Source: Candidatus Saccharimonadia bacterium (GTDB taxonomy: Bacteria > Patescibacteriota > Saccharimonadia > CAILAD01 > BJGX01). Taken from it: a DNA stretch of 64,000 nt. The stretch covers positions 259-64,258 of the forward strand of contig JBCLLN010000003.1 of the NCBI GenBank assembly GCA_039738635.1, written 5' to 3'. Made by a program: the position numbers and the translations under genes. Position 1 is the first letter of the stretch. The number at the start of each line of letters is the position of its first letter. Below, one piece after another: positions 57,099-64,000 of this stretch. The notes beneath the pieces were generated by a model, which saw only the letters and a program-made list of their open reading frames with translations, searched no databases and was not told the DNA's origin.

Positions 57099-57127
57099 AT
57101 CATACTAGAGCATAAATGGTTTGTAAA
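57099..57127 (-). promoter_or_regulatory. Candidate promoter for the 36-aa ORF
   Basis: Minus strand reads TTTACA - 17 nt - TATGAT. Confidence 0.45.
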
Positions 57128-57314
57128 TAGTGTTTGGAAAGTTTTTTATTACACCATATATAGCGTGCCAGGATACCTTGCAAACACTAATACGGGTAGT
57201 ATTATATGGTTACTTACGAATATAGCCCGTACAGAACCACATATTGAAGTCTAGATTTAGCCAGCTAGACTAGTTTTGGCAATTGTTTAACATAAGAGCT
57301 ATAATAATAACAGT

Positions 57315-58010
57315 ATGGATAAAACTAAGCTACCACCACTAACATCAGCCGAAATTCTTGAGTCGTGCAACGAGCTCTATGGCAACGAAAATAGCGAGCG
57401 AGTATGCCGTATTAGCGAGGAGATATCTCAAGGCTTAGAACTTATCAATAAATACCCCAAAAAAGTAACCTTCTTTGGCTCCGCTAGGTTTGGCGAAAAC
57501 CACCCTGAGTACCAAAAAGCCCGCCAGCTTGCCCATCGGCTCTCCAAGGAGCTAGATTATACGGTAGTTACTGGTGGTGGCGGGGGAATTATGGAGGCCG
57601 CCAATAGGGGCGCAAAGGAGGCTGGGGGCAACTCTATCGGGGCTAATATTCAGCTTCCCCAGGAGCAGGTCACCAACCCCTATATAACCCAAGCTATCCC
57701 CTTTAGGTACTTTTTTACCAGAAAGGTAGTTTTGAGTTTTGCCTCCAGGATGTATATTTACTTTCCGGGCGGATTTGGCACCCTAGATGAATTCTATGAA
57801 ATTCTAACTCTAGTGCAAACCGCCAAAATCAACAAAGTCCCAATTGTCTGCGTGGGGGCTTACTTCTGGGAAACACTTAATACCCACCTTCACCACGGCC
57901 TAATGCTACCTGCTGGGACTATCGACGATATTGATATGAGCCTCTACACCATTACCGATGATGAGGATACCATTATGCAGATAGCCCGCCACGCCCAGTC
58001 CCGCCAATAA
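57315..58010 (+). CDS. LOG-family (TIGR00730) nucleotide phosphoribohydrolase-like protein
   Basis: GGGGGIMEAANRGA and PGGFGTLDE motifs. Confidence 0.8.
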   Translation: MDKTKLPPLTSAEILESCNELYGNENSERVCRISEEISQGLELINKYPKKVTFFGSARFGENHPEYQKARQLAHRLSKELDYTVVTGGGGGIMEAANRGAKEAGGNSIGANIQLPQEQVTNPYITQAIPFRYFFTRKVVLSFASRMYIYFPGGFGTLDEFYEILTLVQTAKINKVPIVCVGAYFWETLNTHLHHGLMLPAGTIDDIDMSLYTITDDEDTIMQIARHAQSRQ

Positions 58011-58103
58011 TGATAATCTTTTAAAAAGCTCTTAAAATTTACTAGCTTAATTGCTATAATAATTATTCAACTATGGTAAAAATGGAAGATATTAGGAGGA
58101 AAA

Positions 58104-58487
58104 ATGGAAGATAAAACACCACTAGAGGCAATACATAGACTTTTGCCAGAAATAACTGAGTCCAAGGAAAAGCTTCGCACCATTCGCGAGCAACTTAAGG
58201 ATATTATGGAACGCAGCGATGAGTACCGTAAGCTAGAAGAAGAAATTAAAGAGCTCTCCATTAAGCGTCTTGAGGCCAAGCAACTGCTACTGGCCGACAG
58301 GGAGTTCCAGAAAATTAATGCTGATCTGGATGATGAAAAGCTCAAACAAAAAGACCTCCAAGAAATATTAAGCCACTACCTTGTAAGCTACTATGACGAT
58401 ACCAAAAAAACCGAAATAACCGACAGCTCCGGCGAAACCCGCCAGCTACTCTTGTCTGCCAAGCTAGGCAAGGCTACGGCTAGCTAA
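58104..58487 (+). CDS. Hypothetical coiled-coil protein
   Basis: 127 aa, charged and helical. AGGAGG lies 7 nt upstream of the ATG. The antisense ORF 58067-58345 is judged a shadow. Confidence 0.55.
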   Translation: MEDKTPLEAIHRLLPEITESKEKLRTIREQLKDIMERSDEYRKLEEEIKELSIKRLEAKQLLLADREFQKINADLDDEKLKQKDLQEILSHYLVSYYDDTKKTEITDSSGETRQLLLSAKLGKATAS

Positions 58488-58530
58488 TAGGTTTGACCTA
58501 TGGGCTAAATTCTGCTACTATAGCTTGATT

Positions 58531-58905
58531 ATGAAAGCTAACTTACACCCCCCAATTATGACTACAAAAGTTAACTGCCTCGGATGTGGCAATAGCTTTG
58601 AATCAACATCTACAGTCGATGCGATAACTGTTGATGTCTGTAGCCAATGCCATCCATTCTACACTGGCAAGCAAAAGCTAATAGATACGGCCGGTAGAGT
58701 CGATCGCTTCCGAGCTCGTAGTGCTACAGCAAAATCTCGCCGAGATGACTTGGGCAAGAAAGCCATTAAAACAGCCCTCCGCAAGAAAGCTAAAGTGCTC
58801 AAGGCTGAGCCAGTTAAATCAGAGAATAAGCCTGCCCCTAAATCAAGTCCTAAATCTCAAAATCCCCCCAAGATAAAACCTCTGAATAAAATTTCTGAGC
58901 AATAA
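58531..58905 (+). CDS. rpmE: 50S ribosomal protein L31 with Lys-rich C-terminal extension
   Basis: MKANLHP.., CxxC...[13 protein letters not shown] at 58531 preferred to TTG at 58525. Confidence 0.85.
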   Translation: MKANLHPPIMTTKVNCLGCGNSFESTSTVDAITVDVCSQCHPFYTGKQKLIDTAGRVDRFRARSATAKSRRDDLGKKAIKTALRKKAKVLKAEPVKSENKPAPKSSPKSQNPPKIKPLNKISEQ

Positions 58906-58956
58906 ATAATAATTTTAGCCAATAATACCCTATAATTAGGGTATTATTTTTTTATC

Positions 58957-60024
58957 ATGAGCACTATCGATAACACCATCATAGATGACACCCGAGCCGA
59001 GCTGGAATCCTTGTCAGCTCAGTTAGCTGACCCTAAATTATATACTAGCCCCGACTCTAGTAAGCTAGTCAATAGGCAGCGAGAGCTGACTGACAAGCTG
59101 GCCTTATTTGAGCAAGTCAAAAAAGCTCAAGGTGATTTAGCGACTGCTATTGAAATGCAAGCCGACCCCGAAATGAAAGACTTTGCCACCGAAGAAGCCG
59201 TTCGCTTAAGAAGCGAGATAGGGCGTCTTGAAGATAAGGTTAAGTTAGCCCTAATTCCAGTTGATCCTAATGATAGCAAGAACGCCATAATTGAAATCCG
59301 AGCTGGCGCTGGAGGTGATGAAAGCAGTATATTTGCAGGCGATCTACTGCGAATGTATGCCCGCTATTGCGAGGATAATGGCCTCAAACTCCAATTACTG
59401 AGCGAAAGTCCTAATCCAGTGGGTGGATACAAGGAAGTTATCGCCCAAATCAGCGGTGCGGCTCCTTATGGCGTGCTCAAATACGAGTCAGGCGTGCACC
59501 GCGTCCAGCGGGTACCTGTGACTGAAAGTGCTGGGCGAATTCACACCAGCACAGCTACGGTGGCGGTCTTGCCTGAGGCCCAAGAGCACGATATAGAAAT
59601 CAACCAAAATGAACTCCGCGTAGATGTCTATCGCAGTAGTGGTAATGGCGGGCAAAGTGTCAATACCACCGATAGCGCTGTGCGTATCACGCACCTTCCC
59701 TCTGGAATTGTTGTAACTTGTCAGGACGAAAAATCCCAGCTTAAGAACAAGCTCAAGGCTATGAGTGTCTTGCGATCTAGGCTTTTAGATAGGCGTGAAC
59801 AGGAAGAAGCTAAAAAACTCGGCGATCAGCGCCGCGGCCAAATTGGTACAGGTGATAGGAGCGAAAAGATTCGTACCTACAATTTTCCCCAGGACCGAGT
59901 AAGCGACCACCGTATTGGCTATACTACTCATAATCTAAATAAAATTATGGATGGGGGTATCGGTGAGTTACTTAACGCCCTGAGCAATGCAGCCAACCAA
60001 AAATCTCTATCCGAGAATATATGA
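58957..60024 (+). CDS. prfA: Peptide chain release factor 1
   Basis: PVT tripeptide (RVPVTES) and GGQ (SGNGGQSVNTT). Confidence 0.95.
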   Translation: MSTIDNTIIDDTRAELESLSAQLADPKLYTSPDSSKLVNRQRELTDKLALFEQVKKAQGDLATAIEMQADPEMKDFATEEAVRLRSEIGRLEDKVKLALIPVDPNDSKNAIIEIRAGAGGDESSIFAGDLLRMYARYCEDNGLKLQLLSESPNPVGGYKEVIAQISGAAPYGVLKYESGVHRVQRVPVTESAGRIHTSTATVAVLPEAQEHDIEINQNELRVDVYRSSGNGGQSVNTTDSAVRITHLPSGIVVTCQDEKSQLKNKLKAMSVLRSRLLDRREQEEAKKLGDQRRGQIGTGDRSEKIRTYNFPQDRVSDHRIGYTTHNLNKIMDGGIGELLNALSNAANQKSLSENI

Positions 60025-60845
60025 ACATTAGAGAGGCTCTACTAAAAGCCCAGGAAAGGCTTGTGGCTGCCAAGGTCAGCAACCCTCGGCTAGACTCAGA
60101 AATACTCTTAGCCGATAGCCTAGCTCGCACCAGAGAGTGGCTGATAACTAGCGACGATTACGCCCTAACCATCGCTCAGCAAAAAAGCTATGATGGGCGT
60201 ATTGCCCGCCGCGTTGCCCGTGAGCCTGTCTCTTATATTACCAACAAATTAGAGTTTTATGGCATTGAATTATATATTGATAACAGAGTCTTGTCTCCCC
60301 GTATTGAAACTGAGCCCCTAGCCGAGCAAGCTATTAAAAATGCCCCTCGTAATTCCACCCTGATAGATATCGGCACAGGAAGTGGGGCAATAGCAATTGC
60401 TATTGCCAAGCACCGCCCAGACCTTAGCATTGTTGCTACCGAAATATCAAATGGCGCCCTAGATGTTGCCATACTTAATGCCAAAAGTATCCTTGGACCG
60501 AACCACAATATTAGCTTTGTGATATCTGATATATGGGCTGGGCTAAATCAACGCTACGCCACGGTAGTTACTAACCTCCCCTATGTTTCAAAGGATTATC
60601 TACCCCAGATGATGCCAGAGGTAACCAAGGAGCCTGCTATAGCGCTATATGGAGGTAAGGGTGATGGCTTGCAGTTATATCGCCGATTCTACCAGGGCCT
60701 TACCAGCCATCTAGCAAGCCCGGCGTTGGTCTATCACGAGTCAGATCCCTGGCAACATCAACAGCTAATTGAGCTTGCCAAACTAGCGGGGCTGAGACTA
60801 GTATTTGAACAGTATTTGATTCTCGGCTTCAGTAGCCAGCGCTAG
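60021..60845 (+). CDS. prmC: Release-factor glutamine N5-methyltransferase PrmC/HemK (variant NLPY motif)
   Basis: Coupled to prfA. Has IDIGTGSGAIAIAIA motif I. The catalytic tetrapeptide reads NLPY instead of NPPY. Confidence 0.8.
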   Translation: MNIREALLKAQERLVAAKVSNPRLDSEILLADSLARTREWLITSDDYALTIAQQKSYDGRIARRVAREPVSYITNKLEFYGIELYIDNRVLSPRIETEPLAEQAIKNAPRNSTLIDIGTGSGAIAIAIAKHRPDLSIVATEISNGALDVAILNAKSILGPNHNISFVISDIWAGLNQRYATVVTNLPYVSKDYLPQMMPEVTKEPAIALYGGKGDGLQLYRRFYQGLTSHLASPALVYHESDPWQHQQLIELAKLAGLRLVFEQYLILGFSSQR

Positions 60846-60847
60846 CT

Positions 60848-61663
60848 CTAGCCTGTACTTGTCCAGCGATTCAATATTAGTACTGCCACAAAAACAACTA
60901 TTGTAACTGTCAGATACTCAAACACAATGCTTTTTTTGAGAGTACGCTTTTTATAGTGATAATATATTCCGCCCCAGCCATAGGCTAGCGATGTGGTGAT
61001 GGCTGAAAACTGTGAAATAATAATAGGAATATGAGGTATTTGATATAGCACAGTCCATCTTGATGCCAGCCAGGCCAGCTCTACTACCAGCAATCCCCAT
61101 AAGGCCGCAAGAATTTGTGGCTTACTGGTAAAATCTAGCAACCACCAAAGTGCAATTAATGAATTAACTGCCCACAAGAGTAGCATTACTAGCACTACTG
61201 GCCAGCTCCAATACGCCGTTAGTAAGCTAGCAAAAGAAGTACTAACCAGAATAGATAATATTGCCAGAGCATTATCAAGTATGATATTAGGCTCGGCCTG
61301 AATTTCTAGATGACACAATAGGCCATATACTAGCGCACAAAACGCCATACATATTAACAATACCGCTGGAGGTGTATTGGTGATGTCATAGATGGTAAAA
61401 AAATAAAACATACTGATAATAACCCACAGTAATGGCCTAAGCGACTTAGTAATAATAGCTCTGGCTTTAGTGGTCACTAAAATTCGCCGAAACAGAAAGT
61501 AATTAATAGCCATTAGCATTGGGATTACCAATAAGGGATATGGCGTGGAATAAAAAATTCCCATCGCCAACACTGCCATCAGCCCACTAATAACTACTAT
61601 CAAGCGCTGCCCCTGAGAAAAGAGATTTATTCTTTTAATTGCTGTTTTGAGGCTCATAATCAT
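60848..61663 (-). CDS. Hypothetical polytopic membrane protein
   Basis: 271 aa, about 8 TM helices, Trp-rich. No motif recognised. Confidence 0.5.
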   Translation of the reverse strand: MIMSLKTAIKRINLFSQGQRLIVVISGLMAVLAMGIFYSTPYPLLVIPMLMAINYFLFRRILVTTKARAIITKSLRPLLWVIISMFYFFTIYDITNTPPAVLLICMAFCALVYGLLCHLEIQAEPNIILDNALAILSILVSTSFASLLTAYWSWPVVLVMLLLWAVNSLIALWWLLDFTSKPQILAALWGLLVVELAWLASRWTVLYQIPHIPIIISQFSAITTSLAYGWGGIYYHYKKRTLKKSIVFEYLTVTIVVFVAVLILNRWTSTG

Positions 61664-63023
61664 CTCCTAATATTATCGTTATGTCGGCCTGGCTGACAGT
61701 CGTGTTGCCGGCCTTCTGGCTGGAGGTCTTTAAACGATTTTCGAGGTATTTAAGCGTATAGGGCTTGCTCTTGCTAACATTATCTATGAGCTTAGTGGCA
61801 CTATCCCCACCCTCCCCAATAGAGTTAACCTTAACGACATTATACCCTAATGATTTTAAAATTACAGCTAACGCATAGCTGGTACTAGGCCTGGCACTGC
61901 CAGTTCTTATCTCGACTCTAGCAGCTTCGCTCTTGACATAGCCGTCTATAAATAAGCTACTCACAAAGGAACGAATGGCTTTATAATTTCCAATGCCGGC
62001 TGTTGGTATGACTACACTCGCCTCGCCGATATTGCTGTTTTTGACTAGCCCCTCATCCTTGGCATCAAGCACCCTGCTGGCAATCTCGTTGGAGTTAATT
62101 TTGCCCCCCAGCTCAATTAAGCGCTTCATCTCCTCTAGACCAATATCGGTTCGCAGATGGTCGCCAGCGATATTAATTAGCTCGCTGGCCTTAGCTGGGT
62201 TAAGTATATTGCCTAGCCGAAGAGCTTGATCGCGCAAGGCCACCACTACCGACTGCTGGCGTTTAGCACGCCCATAATCATCACCACAATTACCTCTGCG
62301 ACAACGGGCATATTTTAACGCCAGTGGTCCATCCATATGATAATACCCACTCTTAAGCTTAAACCCACAGGACAAGCCCTCGTTACGATCGCAGGGGTAT
62401 TCTGAGTCATAAAGATCGTAGGTATTATATATAGCTACCCCGCCCATGGCATCTACTGCCAATCGCAAACCACTAAAATCTACCTTAATAAAATAATGGA
62501 TTGGCTGATTAATAAGCTCGCTGACTGTTTTTACTGCTAATGCTGGGCCACCACCGAGCTTTTGAGCTTCACCAAAGGCGTGTGCTTCGTTAATTTTATT
62601 GAAGCCATAGCCAGGTATCTTGACATACAAATCGCGTGGTATGCCTAGCATCGCCACATCATATGACTTGGGATCGATGCTGGCTACTATCATAGTATCC
62701 GAGAGGTCTTGCCCAGCATGGCCTTCATCGCCCGTGCCAAGCAAAAGGATATTAACCCTGCCCTCACCCTCGCCCTTAAGTTTACTAAGCTCCAGCTCAC
62801 CGCTTAGCCCTTTGGCTATAACACCGTCATGCTTTTGGATTACTTTACTAAGCGATAGCACTGCCATAGCAGCCAAAACCCCACCAGCCAATATGACTAG
62901 CACCACAACACCCCCAGCCACTCGCAATACCCAGCGATATTTTGATTTTAGTTTATGCCTAGAGGTAATGCTTTTTCCCTGCACGCTAGGATGTTTGCCC
63001 TTAAAAGACCTAAATAATTTCAT
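61635..63023 (-). CDS. LytR-CpsA-Psr (LCP) family cell-envelope phosphotransferase
   Basis: N-terminal TM, an LCP core (NILLLGTGDEG...DTMIVASID...IPRDLYV) and a C-terminal LytR_C-like region. Confidence 0.8.
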   Translation of the reverse strand: MKLFRSFKGKHPSVQGKSITSRHKLKSKYRWVLRVAGGVVVLVILAGGVLAAMAVLSLSKVIQKHDGVIAKGLSGELELSKLKGEGEGRVNILLLGTGDEGHAGQDLSDTMIVASIDPKSYDVAMLGIPRDLYVKIPGYGFNKINEAHAFGEAQKLGGGPALAVKTVSELINQPIHYFIKVDFSGLRLAVDAMGGVAIYNTYDLYDSEYPCDRNEGLSCGFKLKSGYYHMDGPLALKYARCRRGNCGDDYGRAKRQQSVVVALRDQALRLGNILNPAKASELINIAGDHLRTDIGLEEMKRLIELGGKINSNEIASRVLDAKDEGLVKNSNIGEASVVIPTAGIGNYKAIRSFVSSLFIDGYVKSEAARVEIRTGSARPSTSYALAVILKSLGYNVVKVNSIGEGGDSATKLIDNVSKSKPYTLKYLENRLKTSSQKAGNTTVSQADITIILGDDYEPQNSN

Positions 63024-63121
63024 ATTTTATAATTATAGGTTATATCTGCCATCTAATAAATACTATTTTTGTTTTTTATGGCTATTTATAAATGCTCTCG
63101 TGCTTGCTATACTAGTTACTA

Positions 63122-63949
63122 ATGGATAAAAATACAAACAAGCCAGAGGAGCCAGATTTTACTGCCCGCCTAGATGAGTCAGATTTGCTTAAGCCAGGCA
63201 CCGCTGTAGCGCCCAATCACGCGACCAAAGCTAGTGGCGGTGGCGATGAAGTATCACCCAAGCCCTCACATGGCGAGATTGAAAAGGATGTCGTAGAATA
63301 TAATAAATTTGCCCAAGCTCAGCAGGAGCAAGCCGATAGTTTTGAGGCCAAACCCAAACATTCAGCCCTACACATCATTTGGGAGCTAGCTAAAACTCTG
63401 CTTATCGCGGTGGGCATGATAATCTTTATTAATACCTTTGTATTCCAAGCCTACTATGTGGCTGGCGATAGTATGAAGCCAGATTTCCATGATGGTGACT
63501 ACCTGCTAGCTAATAAAATACCTATGTCACTGCACAGCCTGACTAGCCTTTTTGGTGATAAATCAGAGGTAAAAATTAATCGTGGTGATGTCCTAATATT
63601 TAAGTCGCCACTAAATAAAGAGCTGTTCTATATTAAAAGAGTCTTAGCCCTACCTGGTGAGAGAATAACCCTCAAAGGCGGTGTTTTTACTGTCTATAAT
63701 AATGAGTACCCTGCCGGCTTTGTGCTCAATGAAACATATATTGACCCACAATACAAAACTCAGCTTGAGGTTGACCAAGTAGTAGCGTCTGGCAATCTGT
63801 TCGTGGTAGGGGATAATAGAGCACCGAACGCCAGCTCGGACTCCCGGGACTGGGGTCAGCTATCAGAAAAAAATATTTCTGGCGTAGCTTTCTTTAGATT
63901 ACTGCCCATAAGCGATATTGGCTTTTTGGGTAACCCCGTGTACAAATAA
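63122..63949 (+). CDS. lepB: Signal peptidase I
   Basis: GDSMKP (Ser), YIKRVLALPGE (Lys) and GDNRAPNASSDSRDWG boxes. Has a long acidic N-terminal extension. Confidence 0.85.
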   Translation: MDKNTNKPEEPDFTARLDESDLLKPGTAVAPNHATKASGGGDEVSPKPSHGEIEKDVVEYNKFAQAQQEQADSFEAKPKHSALHIIWELAKTLLIAVGMIIFINTFVFQAYYVAGDSMKPDFHDGDYLLANKIPMSLHSLTSLFGDKSEVKINRGDVLIFKSPLNKELFYIKRVLALPGERITLKGGVFTVYNNEYPAGFVLNETYIDPQYKTQLEVDQVVASGNLFVVGDNRAPNASSDSRDWGQLSEKNISGVAFFRLLPISDIGFLGNPVYK

Positions 63950-63986
63950 TATACTGGGCTTACTTTAAAATCGCTCATTCCCAGGG
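63949..63986 (+). repeat. Copy of the far-upstream element of the repeat-protein gene family
   Basis: ATATACTGGGCTTACTTTAAAATCGCTCATTCC matches the reverse complement of 53975-54007 (ATATACTGGACATACTTTAAAATCGCTAATTCC) at 30 of 33 positions. Confidence 0.6.
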
Positions 63987-64000
63987 TAAATTCTTAAAAG

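Overview
Compact, gene-dense bacterial chromosome segment with roughly low-40s %GC. It uses the standard genetic code, since both RF1 and RF2 are present. The gene content is reminiscent of Patescibacteria/Saccharibacteria, which is inference only: an Rpf-like transglycosylase, an LCP protein, a PcsB-like coiled-coil/CHAP hydrolase next to ftsEX, a short EF-Ts, and several leaderless orphan proteins. From 1 to 41 kb there is an almost unbroken minus-strand run of envelope and translation housekeeping genes. These include TagA-like and GT4 glycosyltransferases, an O-antigen-ligase-like protein, an extra mreB, murA, tRNA-Leu, xseAB, pyrG, ctp, ftsEX, prfB, secA, hpf, serS, lysS, greA, pbp2-mreDCB, rseP, uppS, frr, tsf and rpsB. 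This run is interrupted by orphan genes. From 41.5 to 48.1 kb there is a single 2216-aa repeat-rich surface protein gene. The stand-out accessory locus is 48.1-50.4 kb. Three identical 42-bp direct repeats plus ATTTCAAG octamer arrays delimit two ~1.1-kb cassettes, and one cassette is a compositionally foreign high-GC (~65-70%) gene followed by a highly structured non-coding tail. From 50.4 to 64 kb lie an alpha/beta hydrolase, an ABC exporter, typA, an rpf-like gene, a LOG-family gene, rpmE, prfA, prmC, an LCP gene and lepB. A second notable theme is a small family of leaderless proteins. They share C-terminal 21-residue LRR-like repeats, a conserved promoter and a conserved 28-nt 3' element (14.4-16.5 kb and 53.2-54.0 kb). 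One copy is frameshifted, and a third copy probably starts just beyond the window end. No rRNA, CRISPR array, transposase, integrase or cas gene was seen.
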